A stretch of DNA of 64,000 nt from an uncultured Gemmatimonadaceae bacterium (GCA_963822945.1 CAWGJO010000027.1:64001-128000), one strand, 5' to 3'; numbered from the stretch's first letter, positions 9,619-20,202 are shown. The notes: generated by a model from the sequence alone, not told the origin. Numbers and translations: made by a program.

Positions 9619-11621
9619 GGGATTCTCCTCGGCGTGGTACCGCCATGACAGCTGGCGCAGGCGGCGGACAGCGGCCGGTAGATGACGCGGGTCTTGCCGT
9701 TGGCGACGGTCTGCGTCTTATGGCATGCCGCGCAAGCGACCTTGGCGTGGGCGCCCTTGAGCGGGAACGAGGTATCGCGGTCGTGATCGAACTTCGAGGC
9801 CGGCGTGAACGACGCGACGCCGTGGCAGGTGCCGCAGGCGTCCCCTCCCTTGCGGCCGGCGAATTGATCGCCGTGGGGATCGTCCGCCTTGTGGCACGAC
9901 TCGCAGTCGGTGGCGCGTTTCTGCGTGAACGGCAGCTTGGCCACGCCCTTCGGCGCTGCGATGAGCGTCGAGGCGGCGGCGGGACCGCGCATCTCCTCGT
10001 GACAGGCCACGCACGGCGTGGCCCGGTGGGCGCCGTCGAGCGCGAAGCTGAACTGCGCGTGCCGATCGACGTCCACCGTGGACGGGCGGAACGCGCGGGC
10101 GTTGTGGCAGGCGCCGCAGCCATCCTTCATCGGCATCGCCCCGCCCTTGAGGTAGCGCCCGCCGTGGGGATCCACGTGGCAGTCCTGGCACGCGGTCTCC
10201 GGCACCTGCAGCACCACCTTCGCCGGGCCGTACGACGCGGCGCGCTTTGGCAGCGCGGGCAGGCCGGGCCGCGTGAGCCCGTGGCATGCGGCGCACTTGA
10301 TCTTCGCGTGGCGGCCGTCGAGCGGCAGCCGCAGCTTGGCGTGCGCGGCCAGGGAGAAGGTGCTGGGCGTCCAGCCGGCATCGGTGTGGCAGGCCTCGCA
10401 GCTCCCCTTGTCGGGGCGCGACGCGAGCTGGCCGCCGTGCTGGTCGGCATGGCAGTCGGCGCACTTGGCGAACGGCATGGTCAGGCGCGTCACCGTGCCG
10501 GTGGTGGTGTGGCACGAGGCGCATTTCACGCTCGCGTGCTTGCCGGTGAGCGGATACCGGGTGGCGGCGTGCTGCGCGAGCGTGAACGTGGAGGGCGCGA
10601 ATCCCTGCACGCGGTGACAGGCGGCGCAGTCGGCGGGCTTGCCGTTGAGCACGGCCTGCCCGGCGTGCGGGTCCTTGTGGCACGACGCGCAGGTCGCGAA
10701 CGGCGGATCCTTGATCTTGAGGTTCGGTCCGTGGCAGGCGTCGCACTTCACGGTCGCGTGCTTGCCGACCAGCGGATAGCGCGTGGCCGAGTGGTCGAAG
10801 TGCGTCTGCTCGATCACGTGCCAGCCGCGCGTGGTATGGCAGTCGCTGCAGCGGCCGGCCATCCGCGTGCCGTGCGGATTGGCGTGACAGTCGGTGCAGA
10901 GCTTGAACGGCAGCGGCTTGAAGCGGGGGATCAGCTTGCCCTTGGCGTCGGGAACGATGCCGAGCGACTTCGCGAGGTGACACTCGTCGCACTTCACATC
11001 CACGTGCTTGCCGGTGAGCGGGAAGGCGCTGCTGTCGTGCACGAACTTCGGCGCCGGCTTCCACCCCTTCGAGTCGTGGCAGCGGTCGCAACTCTCGCCC
11101 AGCGAACCCTTGTGCACGTCGTCGGCGCGGTGGCAGGAGACGCACGTCGTCTCGAGCCCCACCCACCCGGCGGAACCCGTGCGCTTGGACAGCGCGGCAG
11201 CCTGACCCGTGCGGAACTTCAGCGTATGACAGTCCTCACACTTCGCCTCCGCATGCTTGCCTTCCAGCGCCCATCCGGCGAGCTGATGGTCGAACTTGTC
11301 GCGCGACCCGCCCGGCCAGGCGATGAGCTTGAAGTCCGTGCCCGCGTGGTCCGGATGGCAGCTCGCGCAGTCCTTCTTCTCCACCGTCACGACGCGCGCG
11401 TGATAGCCCCGGTTCTGGTTCAGGAGCCAGCCGATCTCCTTGTGACAGGCGAGGCACATCTGGTTCATCGGCTCGCGGTGCAGGCCGTGGCATTGGGCGC
11501 AGTTCGTCGGCCCTTCCAGGTCGTGATGCGCTCGCGCCAGCGGCCCGGGCGAGATCTGAGCACGCGCTCGCGCCGGCAGGGCCAACAGCAGCAGTCCGCA
11601 CATGAGGAGACATTTCCGCAT
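9615..11621 (-). CDS. Secreted multiheme cytochrome c (23 CxxCH)
   Basis: 23 CxxCH counted; signal peptide ending ARA-Q; diverged FPLxGxH triheme modules. Confidence 0.95.
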   Translation of the reverse strand: MRKCLLMCGLLLLALPARARAQISPGPLARAHHDLEGPTNCAQCHGLHREPMNQMCLACHKEIGWLLNQNRGYHARVVTVEKKDCASCHPDHAGTDFKLIAWPGGSRDKFDHQLAGWALEGKHAEAKCEDCHTLKFRTGQAAALSKRTGSAGWVGLETTCVSCHRADDVHKGSLGESCDRCHDSKGWKPAPKFVHDSSAFPLTGKHVDVKCDECHLAKSLGIVPDAKGKLIPRFKPLPFKLCTDCHANPHGTRMAGRCSDCHTTRGWHVIEQTHFDHSATRYPLVGKHATVKCDACHGPNLKIKDPPFATCASCHKDPHAGQAVLNGKPADCAACHRVQGFAPSTFTLAQHAATRYPLTGKHASVKCASCHTTTGTVTRLTMPFAKCADCHADQHGGQLASRPDKGSCEACHTDAGWTPSTFSLAAHAKLRLPLDGRHAKIKCAACHGLTRPGLPALPKRAASYGPAKVVLQVPETACQDCHVDPHGGRYLKGGAMPMKDGCGACHNARAFRPSTVDVDRHAQFSFALDGAHRATPCVACHEEMRGPAAASTLIAAPKGVAKLPFTQKRATDCESCHKADDPHGDQFAGRKGGDACGTCHGVASFTPASKFDHDRDTSFPLKGAHAKVACAACHKTQTVANGKTRVIYRPLSAACASCHGGTTPRRIP

Positions 11622-13050
11622 TCACCCCGCCCGCGCCTGCGATTGGGGAATCGGCACGTCCTTCTCGACGATGCGGATGCCAAGGCGTTCGAGGAACGCG
11701 TAGGGCGCCTCACCGCCGATGCGAACCACCACATAGTCGGCCGGCAGGATGCGCGACTGCCCCTCGTGCGTGAGCACCGCGACGTCGTCGCGGATCTCCT
11801 GGATCTGGCTCTTGAAGTACGGCGTCACCTTCCCGGACGCGATCGCCCGCTCGATCTTCTCGCGGTTCCGCTCGGCGATGCGCTGGAACGCGTCGCCGCG
11901 GTAGGAGAGCGCCACCGTCGTGCCTTTCTGGTTGGCGAGTCCCAGCGCCGACTCCACGGCGCTGTCGCCCCCGCCCACCACCACCATGCGCTTCCCGGCG
12001 AACGCTTCCATCTCCACGATGTCGTAGAACACGTGGTCCTTTCCCTCACCGGGCACCCCGAGCCGTCGCGGGCTGCCACGCCGCCCCATGGCGAGCACCA
12101 CGCGGCGCGCCAGATACGCGCTGTTCGCCGTCTCCACCCGGAACACGAGCCCCTCGCGCTTCACCTGCTGCACCTTCTCGCCGGTGCGCACGTCGAGGCC
12201 CGTGTCGGCGACGATGGTCTCCCACACCTGGAGCAGCGTTTCCTTGGAGCCGTCGGCCACCCACAGGTCGCCGTACATCGGGATGCGCACCGGCTCGGCC
12301 AGCAGCAGCTTGTGCCGCGGATACTTGCGCACGGTGTCGGACAGCGACCCCTGCTCCAGCACCACGTAGCTGAGGCCGGCGCGCAGCGCTTCGAGCCCGG
12401 CGCTCAGCCCCGCCGGGCCGGAACCGACGATCACCACGTCCACCGCGGCGGCCACCCCGTCGGCGCGCCGGCTCCCGGGCCGCAGCGATCGGGCCACGTG
12501 CTCCATGGCCATCTTGCCTTCGTTGACCGCGTTCTTGATCAGCCCGCGGCCGCCGAGTTCGCCCACGATGTACAGGCCCGGCACGTTGGTCTGGAAGTTC
12601 TCGTCGAGCAACGGCACGGTCACGCGGTTGACCGCGGCGCCGCGTGTCACGAGGATCGCCCCCACCGGGCATCCGCGCACGCACTCCCCATGTCCCTTGC
12701 ACAGCGCGTCGTCCACCACGGCCAGCTTGCCGCGCAGCGTGATGGCGCCCGGTTCCGGACAGGCGCCCACGCAGGTGCCGCATCCCACGCACATGTCGGC
12801 GCGCACGAGCGCCTTGGGGTCGCCGGTCGCCTCCGCCGCCGCTTTCGCCACGGGCGCCCGCACCATCTCGAACACCTGCATCGGCGCGCCGCACTTGGGA
12901 CAGGAGGCCGCGTCGGCGAGAACGGGGGCCCGGCAGCGCGGGCAGGGCACGCGGCCGCGGCTTGGCCGACGCCGGCGGCTTGGTCGCCCGCAGGTGCCAG
13001 AGAATGGCCAGCAGCGTGATGCCGAAAAAGGCGATCGTGGTCGTCGACAT
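11622..13050 (-). CDS. Membrane-anchored FAD/NAD(P)H oxidoreductase with Zn-ribbon and 2x[4Fe-4S] ferredoxin domain (apparent 1-nt frameshift near 12950-12990)
   Basis: TM segment MSTTTIAFFGITLLAILWHL starts at 13050 in a different frame from the body (11622-12950), which has CPRC..CPKC, CVGCGTCVGACP, CKGHGECVRGCP, VVIVGSGPAG and VVVGGGDSA. Confidence 0.85.
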
Positions 13051-13055
13051 GCGCG

Positions 13056-13943
13056 CTATCGGAACCAGGTGGCGCCCACGGCGACCACGACCACGACGTG
13101 GATCACCACCGCGACCAACGCGGTCAGGGCAAAGGGACGGTGGGCCACGTGCCAGTAGCGGAACACGCGGTGCGTGGCGTTGAGCATGCGCGACTGCTGC
13201 TCGAGCTTGAGTTCGAGCGTGGCCAGCCGCAGTGCTTCACGAAGCTGCTTCTCGTCGAGGCGGTGGTTACGGGGAGTCAGCGCCACCCAGCGCGCCCGCA
13301 GCTGCCGCATCCGGCGCCACCGGAAGAGATCGGCCGCGACGAGCTGCGCCAACACCCGCAGGGGATTGCCGTCGGCGTCCGAAGTCTGTCCGCCATGCAG
13401 CGTGCTCTCGAGCACCTGGGGTGTGAGCCCGGTGGCCGCCGCCAGCTTCTGGATCAGTTCGCGACGCTGGCCCGCCACCTCGTCGCGCGTCAGCTCGATG
13501 CCGCTCCGCGCGCGGGGGATGCGGGTGTAGAGATAGCGGCCCACGATGCCGCTGGCGATCACGATCATCATGGCCAGCAGGCCGAGGCCGATCACGCCGT
13601 CGGAGCGCCAGGCCGCGTGAATGGCGAGCAGCAGAGGGAGTGCGAGCGCCGTGGTCACGTGCACATCCAGCCACTTGCCGATGGATCCGGTCCACCGCAA
13701 CGCCTTCCACTTCTTCCGGAGCGGATACAGCCAGAGGAAGACGAAGATCACGAACGCGGCGATGCCGGCGGACTGACCGATGTACCCCGACGGTTGGAGC
13801 CAAGCGCGCCACGGATGGCGGGCCCGGACTTCGAGCGGTGCCGTGTAGAACGGCGCGCCGACGATGTTGATGGCGAGCAACGGCAGGCAGATCACGATCA
13901 GCGCGATCGTGCTCTTCCGAAGTCCCGAACTGGCGTCTTTCAT
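13056..13943 (-). CDS. Integral membrane protein, predicted di-heme b (ferric-reductase/cytochrome b-like)
   Basis: About 5 hydrophobic helices; two His pairs each 14 residues apart (WLDVH...LLAIH; VAH...VVIH); ATG at 13943. Confidence 0.75.
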   Translation of the reverse strand: MKDASSGLRKSTIALIVICLPLLAINIVGAPFYTAPLEVRARHPWRAWLQPSGYIGQSAGIAAFVIFVFLWLYPLRKKWKALRWTGSIGKWLDVHVTTALALPLLLAIHAAWRSDGVIGLGLLAMMIVIASGIVGRYLYTRIPRARSGIELTRDEVAGQRRELIQKLAAATGLTPQVLESTLHGGQTSDADGNPLRVLAQLVAADLFRWRRMRQLRARWVALTPRNHRLDEKQLREALRLATLELKLEQQSRMLNATHRVFRYWHVAHRPFALTALVAVVIHVVVVVAVGATWFR

Positions 13944-14126
13944 TTGCCCGGCTGGTGGGAGCGCCGGGCGAGGAGTGCGGAGGGCATGCCTCGGGCTTGC
14001 TTTGGGGGGAGTTGGCGTGCTTTGCAAAGCGGCGGCTTCGCAGCTTCGAGAATTCAGTACACGCGTCAACCGTTCTTGCTCCAAACGCGCGAACAATCGC
14101 GCTCGCAACACCGAACAAACGCCTCA

Positions 14127-14145
14127 TGTGACGCGCATCGTCACA
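14127..14145. promoter_or_regulatory. Inverted repeat TGTGACG-N5-CGTCACA, candidate operator
   Basis: Perfect 7-bp arms in the divergent intergenic region upstream of the cytochrome operon. Confidence 0.45.
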
Positions 14146-14373
14146 CTGGCGGTGCGAAGCGTCACGCGGCGGCGGGCGACAGCGCCGGCGGCCTGTGCGT
14201 GTCGGGTGACTCCCGACGCGCCGGCGGTGCGCAGGCCGGTGGCGATGCAACAGTCGATGCCGGTTTTGACAACCCTCCGCCTCCGCCGTTGATTCGACTC
14301 CGGCGCTGGCGCATCCCCCACGATCCCGCATGGCCGCGACATCGCGGAGCTTCAACACCTGTCCGGTGCATCC

Positions 14374-17300
14374 GTGCTGCTCATTCTCGCCTCCGCCTTC
14401 GTCCTGTCCGGCGCCGCCGGCCTCATCTACGAAACCATCTGGACGCGGTACCTGAGCCTGTTCGTCGGCCATGCCGCCTACGCCCAGATCATCGTCCTCA
14501 TCATCTTCCTGGGCGGCATGTCGCTCGGGGCGTTCGCGGTCGGGAAGCGGTCGTCCCGTCTGCGACAACCGCTGCTCTGGTATGCCGGTGTCGAGTTCGC
14601 GGTGGGCGCCATCGCGTTCCTGTTCCACGGCATCTTCGTGGGCACCACCAACTTCGCGTACGCCCACCTCTTTCCCCACCTGGCCGGCGGCGTCGGCAGC
14701 GTCGGCGTCATGGCGGTGCAGTGGTCGCTGGCCGCGCTGCTCATCCTCCCGCAGTCGGTGCTGCTCGGCGCCACCTTTCCACTCATGAGCGCCGGCGCCG
14801 TGCGCCTCGTCCGCGCCGAACCGGGACGGGTGCTGGGCCTGCTCTACTTCACGAACAGCATCGGCGCGGCAGCCGGCGCCCTGATCGCCGGCTTCTACCT
14901 CATCGGCGCCTTCGGGCTGCCGGGCACGCTGCTGGCCGCGGGAACGCTCAACTTCCTCGTTGCCGCCGGGGTCACGGTCGCCTCACGCGCCTTCTACGCG
15001 GCCGGCGACCCGGACGCCGAACCGCTCCCGCCTCCGCTCGAACAGAGCGACACCCGGCCTGCCGGAGTGGCGGATCCTCCTCGTCGTCAGCTTCGGCACC
15101 GCGCTCGCGTCGTTCGTCTACGAGATCGCCTGGATTCGCATGCTGTCGCTGGTGCTGGGGTCCGCCACGCACTCCTTCGAACTCATGCTTTCGGCGTTCG
15201 TGCTCGGCATCGCGCTCGGGGCCTACTGGATCCGCGGGCGCGCCGACGCGATGGAACGGCCGATGTACGCACTGGGGATGGTGCAATGGATCATGGGCGC
15301 GCTGGCCGTCGCTACCCTGCCGCTGTACATGATGTCGTTCGAATGGATGGCCGCCCTGCTCCACATGTTCGGCCGCACCGACGCCGGCTACGACGGGTTC
15401 GTGGTGTCGCGCTACCTCATCTGCCTGGCGATCATGCTCCCGGCCACCTTCTGCGCCGGGATCACGCTTCCCCTCATCACCAAGGTCCTGATCCGGCGCG
15501 GCGCCGGCGAACGCGCCATCGGTGTGGTCTACGGGGTCAACACGCTCGGCTCGATTGCCGGGGTGATCGTCGCCGGCCTGATCCTGATGCCGGTGCTGGG
15601 ACTCAAGCTGCTGCTGATGAGCGGTGCGGTGGTCGACATCGCGCTCGGCGTGATGCTGCTCCACCCGAACGTGCTCGGCGACGACCAGGGGGCGCGGCGC
15701 CGGTTCGGCTACCTCTTCGCCACCGTCGCCCTGCTGCTGTTCAACGGGATCTTCGTGCGCTTCGACCGGTGGAAGCTCTCCAGCGGCGTGTTCCGGGTGG
15801 GCCTGCTGCCCACGGCCGACATGTTCTCATTCCCCTTCTATAAGGATGGGCGCACGGCCACGGTGAGCGTGCGCCGCGACCGGTCGAACGGGTACCTCAC
15901 GCTGGCCACCAACGGCAAGCCCGACGCGTCGATGGATCCGTTCTGGGAAGACTCCACGATCGACCCCGGCGGGCTCCATGCCCTGGCCGGGGATCAGGCC
16001 ACGCAGGTGCTGCTCCCGCTCATCGGCCTGGCCCACGCGCCCGACGCGCGCGAGGTCGCGGTCATCGGGCAGGGCTCGGGAATGACGTCCAACGTCCTGC
16101 TTGGCAGTCCCCACGTGAAGCAGGTGGTGACGGTGGAGATCGAGCCGCAGATGGTGAACGCCTCGCGCGCCTTCCGCCCCGCCAACCACCGCGTGTTCGA
16201 CGACCCGCGCTCGCGCATCGTGATCGACGACGCCAAAGCGTACTTCGCGTCCTCCGGCCGCAAGTTCGACCTCATCATCTCCGAGCCGTCCAACCCGTGG
16301 GTGAGCGGGGTGTCGGGACTGTTCACCACGGAGTTCTACCACCGGGTGCGAAACAGTCTCACCGCCAACGGCGTGCTCGGCCAGTGGCTGCACCTGTACG
16401 AGATCAACGATTCGCTGGTCACATCGGTGCTCGCCGCCATCGATCGGAATTTCCGGTCGTACCAGGTGTTCTTCACCTCGAACAGCGACATCCTGATTCT
16501 CGCCACCAACCGGTCGGCGCCGCTCGTGCCCGATTGGAACGTGGTGCACTACCCGGGCGTGGCGCACGACGTACGGCGCGCGCCGCCGTTGACGCCCGAA
16601 GCGCTGAACGGCATGCGTCTGGCGGGCCGGAGCCTCCTGCATCCGTACCTGCTGGAGCACGCCCGGGTGAACTCCGACTACTTCCCGGTGCTCGACCTCG
16701 GGGCGGAACGCACGCGGTTCATGCATTCGAATGCCGTGGGGTTGGAGAATCTGGGCAAGGGCACGTTCAACGTGGTGGCCGCGACTGGCGGGGCGGCGCC
16801 AGGAGCTTCGGCACCGAGCCGCTGGCGGTGGCGCCGGAGATTCCCCGCGTGTACGACCTGGCGCTGCAGGTGCGCCTGCGCCGCGTGCTGGCCATGACGC
16901 CGGCCCAGCGCGCCGGCGTGCCGCGCGATACGGCGCTCTCCCACGCCGTGTACCGGGTGTCGCGATTCTACCAGTTGATGGCCGACGGAAAGCCGCCCAC
17001 CAGCTGGCACCGGTGGATGGCGTCGTTCACCGACGCCGAGGGACTGCTGCACGCCGGATCGGCGGGCGTGGCCGACACCGGGTTCTTCCACGCGGTGTAC
17101 GCCTACCTCGACCGGGCGCACGCGCCGTCGGACGCGCGCGCCGCCGTGGATTTCACACACGGGCTGGCCGCGTGGAACTTTCCCCAGGTCTCGCAGGCGG
17201 CCGACACGTTGATCGGCGAGTTCCTGCGCGATTCGCTGCCCTGGATCGGGATCAACGACCTCCGCAACGGCACCGTGGTCGCCCGTTTGAAACTCGGCGA

Positions 17301-17433
17301 CCTGAACGGGGCGCAACGCGCCTTCAAGGCGTTGGCTCCCGCGACGGCCCGGTCCGACTTCACCGCGCAGCTGCTGGCGGCCGACCTGGTCATGCGCCGG
17401 ATCGCCCCTGCCGACACGCTGCCGCCGCCCTGA
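14374..17433 (+). CDS. Fused membrane/spermidine synthase-like SAM-dependent transferase (apparent frameshifts near 15050 and 16790)
   Basis: SGAAGLIYETIWTRYL, LLGATFPL, LYFTNSIGA in frame 1; YEIAWIRML, IGQGSG, VEIEP, FDLIISEPSNPWVSG, LFTTEFY in frame 2; C-terminal extension in frame 3. Confidence 0.85.
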
Positions 17434-20202
17434 TCAGTTGATCGGTTTGCCGGCCGCCGGAAGCTTCGACTCGTCTCCCGCCCAGACCACGAACATCCGC
17501 GAGGGATCGATGTACTTGCGGAACGCGGCGTTCACCTGGTCGAGCGTCGCCGCCTCGATGCGGGCGTCCTCGTCGGCCTGGAACCGGAAGGTGCGGCCGA
17601 GCAGCATGTCGGCCACCAACTGCTGGGCCAGCACCGCGTCCTGCGATCGGGTGAGGCGGTTGAGCTCCAGCAGCCCCGTCTTGGCCTTGGCCAGTTCGTC
17701 GGTCGTGAATCCGTCGGCGCGCGTACTGTCGATCACGCTGAAGAAGTCGTCGCGCACCTTGTTGCCGTTCTGCGGCGCGTGGATGGCGAGCCCGATGAAC
17801 TGCGCGGCCGGCACCCTGGCGTCGGCTCCGAACACCGACTGCGTGGCGTAGCTGAGCCCGTCCTTCACGCGGATCCGCTGGGTGAGTCGCGACGTGAGCG
17901 TGCCGCCGCCGAGCATGTAGTTGGCCAACTGCATCGCCGCGTAATCGGGGTCGTGATCGCTGAGCGGGAAGGTCGTGCCGGCGATGAAGAGGGCGTTCGC
18001 CTTGTCGGGCGTGTTGATCTTCTCCTGCGCCGCCTGCACCGGAAACAGCCGGGTCACCATCGGCGTGTACGGCGACTTCGACCGCCATCCGGCGAACATC
18101 GTGTCGAGCTGCGCCCGCACGCGCGTGGTATCGAAGTCGCCGACCACCGCGATCTCACCGGCGCCGGCGCCGAAGAAGTCGCCGTACGCCTTGCGCACGT
18201 CGGCCAGCGAGAGCGCCTTCAACTCGGCCTCCGTCTCGGCGATCGTGCCCACGTGCCGCGGGTCACCCTTGGGATAGCGCAGGAACTGCCGCTGCACGGC
18301 CAGAATGCCGAGCGCCGTGGGCTCCTTGGACACCGCCTCGGCCTGGGACAGCTGGGCATCGATCAGCGACGAGAACTCGGTGGAGTCGAACGCCGGGTGT
18401 CGCAACACCTCGTCGGCGAGCGAGAGCACCGCGGGGAGCGCATCGTGCGTGGTCTGGATGCTCACCGTCACGAACGGCCCGGTGCCGCTCGCCGTCATCC
18501 GCGACTTGAGCGCATTGAGGGTATCGGTGAGCTGCTGCCGCGTGTGGCGCGTGGTGCCGCGCATCAGCATCGACGCCGCCATGCTCAGCGCCTCGCCCTG
18601 TCCCTGGAGCGTCCGCTCGTTGCCGAACCGCAGCGTGATCACCGCGTGGACGCTGGCGTTCCGCGTCTTCTTGGCCAGGAACGCGGTGCGGAGCCCGGCC
18701 CGGGTCGTGAACTGCGTCGTGTGCGCCAGGATGTTGGCGGGCGACGGATCGAAAGCCTCGCCCGCGTCGGCCACCGTCTGCCCGTGGTAGCCGGCCACCA
18801 GCTTCGCGATGTCGGGCGCCGGCGGGATCTCGGCCCGATCGGGGTGCTCGGTGGGCACGAAGAAGCCGAGCGTCTGGTTCGACGTCTTGAGGTAGGCTGC
18901 GGCCACCCGTTGCACGTCGGCCGGGGTGACGCGCTTCACCTCGTCGCGATGGAGGAAGAACAGCCGCCAGTCGCCCACCCCCATCCAGTCCGACAGCGTC
19001 AGGCCGACGTTGGCCGTGTTGTCGAGGGCCAGCGCGTACTGGCTGGCGATGGCGCTCTTGGCGCGCTCCACTTCCTGCGCCGTTGGCGGTTCGCTGGTCG
19101 CGATCGCGTGGATGGCGTCGAGCATCGCCACGCGCGCGGCAGCCAGCGAATCGGTGGGCTTGAGCGACGCGACCAGCAGGATGCCGCCCGGATCGTGCAG
19201 CTGCAGCGGGAGGTCGCTCACCGACGCCGCCTTCTTCGTGGTCACGAGCGCCTTGTAGAGGCGGCCCGAAGGCGCGTCCACGAGCACGTGTTCGAGGACG
19301 TCCACGGCGGCATCGTCCGGATTCGACGCCGCGGGGGTGTGGTAGAACGCCACCACGTCCTGCTGGGCGCCAACGCGCCGCACCCACACCTCGCGCTCCC
19401 CGTCCTGCGTGGGCTCCACCGTGTAGCTCGGCACCAGCACGCGGGTCGGCCTGGGAACGGCGCCGAAGTACTTCGCCACCAGCGCGAGCGCTTTGTCCGT
19501 GTCGAATTTGCCGGCGATCATCAGCACGGCGTTGTCGGGTTGGTAGTAGCGATGGTAGAACGCCTGCAACCGGTCGATGGGCACGTTCTCGATGTCGGAG
19601 CGGGAGCCGATGGGCAGCCGCCCGTAGGCATGGAACAGGTAGGCGCTGCCGAGCACACGCTTGATCGTGACGAGGGTGGGGTTGTTCTCGCCGTTCTCGA
19701 ACTCGTTGCGAACGACCGTCATCTCCTTGTCCAGATCCGTCTTGGCGATGCGGCTGTTCACCATGCGGTCGGCTTCCATGTCCAGCGCCCAGTCGAGCAT
19801 CGAGTCGGACGCCGAGAACACCTCGAAATAGTTCGTGCGGTCGAACGACGTGCTGGCGTTGTACTGCGCGCCGCGGTCCTCGAGCTCCTTGGCGATGTCG
19901 GGATGCCGGATGGTGCCCTTGATCATCATGTGCTCGAGCAGGTGCGCCATGCCCGTCTCGCCGTAGCCTTCCTCTCGCGACCCGACCAGGTAGGTGACGT
20001 TGACCAGGGTCTGCGGCTTGGTGGCGTCGGGGTACAGCAGCACGCGCAGCCCGTTGGACGGCAACCGGTACTCGGTGATTCCCTCCACCGACGCGTCGCG
20101 CACGAGCCCGGAGGACTTGCCCTGCTGCGCGGCAGCGGGGACGGCGATCGCGAGCATCGCGATCGCGGCCAACAGCGGCCGGCGTGAATGGCGTAGCGAC
20201 AT
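17434..20202 (-). CDS. M16 family zinc metallopeptidase (pitrilysin/PqqL-like), secreted
   Basis: GMAHLLEHM inverted zincin HxxEH, NASTSFDRTNY, RIRVKDGLSY; signal peptide from ATG 20202. Confidence 0.93.
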   Translation of the reverse strand: MSLRHSRRPLLAAIAMLAIAVPAAAQQGKSSGLVRDASVEGITEYRLPSNGLRVLLYPDATKPQTLVNVTYLVGSREEGYGETGMAHLLEHMMIKGTIRHPDIAKELEDRGAQYNASTSFDRTNYFEVFSASDSMLDWALDMEADRMVNSRIAKTDLDKEMTVVRNEFENGENNPTLVTIKRVLGSAYLFHAYGRLPIGSRSDIENVPIDRLQAFYHRYYQPDNAVLMIAGKFDTDKALALVAKYFGAVPRPTRVLVPSYTVEPTQDGEREVWVRRVGAQQDVVAFYHTPAASNPDDAAVDVLEHVLVDAPSGRLYKALVTTKKAASVSDLPLQLHDPGGILLVASLKPTDSLAAARVAMLDAIHAIATSEPPTAQEVERAKSAIASQYALALDNTANVGLTLSDWMGVGDWRLFFLHRDEVKRVTPADVQRVAAAYLKTSNQTLGFFVPTEHPDRAEIPPAPDIAKLVAGYHGQTVADAGEAFDPSPANILAHTTQFTTRAGLRTAFLAKKTRNASVHAVITLRFGNERTLQGQGEALSMAASMLMRGTTRHTRQQLTDTLNALKSRMTASGTGPFVTVSIQTTHDALPAVLSLADEVLRHPAFDSTEFSSLIDAQLSQAEAVSKEPTALGILAVQRQFLRYPKGDPRHVGTIAETEAELKALSLADVRKAYGDFFGAGAGEIAVVGDFDTTRVRAQLDTMFAGWRSKSPYTPMVTRLFPVQAAQEKINTPDKANALFIAGTTFPLSDHDPDYAAMQLANYMLGGGTLTSRLTQRIRVKDGLSYATQSVFGADARVPAAQFIGLAIHAPQNGNKVRDDFFSVIDSTRADGFTTDELAKAKTGLLELNRLTRSQDAVLAQQLVADMLLGRTFRFQADEDARIEAATLDQVNAAFRKYIDPSRMFVVWAGDESKLPAAGKPIN

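Noticed and set aside
6251..11621. Naming the genes mtrA/mtrB/omc
   Set aside because: Heme numbers, repeat architecture and barrel size differ from decaheme MtrA and MtrB; orthology cannot be supported
9645..13019. 1124-aa plus-strand ORF and many other long antisense or alternate-frame ORFs (e.g. 33031-36351, 33408-36143, 41919-44507)
   Set aside because: Shadow ORFs of real high-GC genes; Arg/Ala/Gly-rich with no motifs
14127..14145. Canonical CRP/FNR/Rex box
   Set aside because: Spacer is N9, not N6
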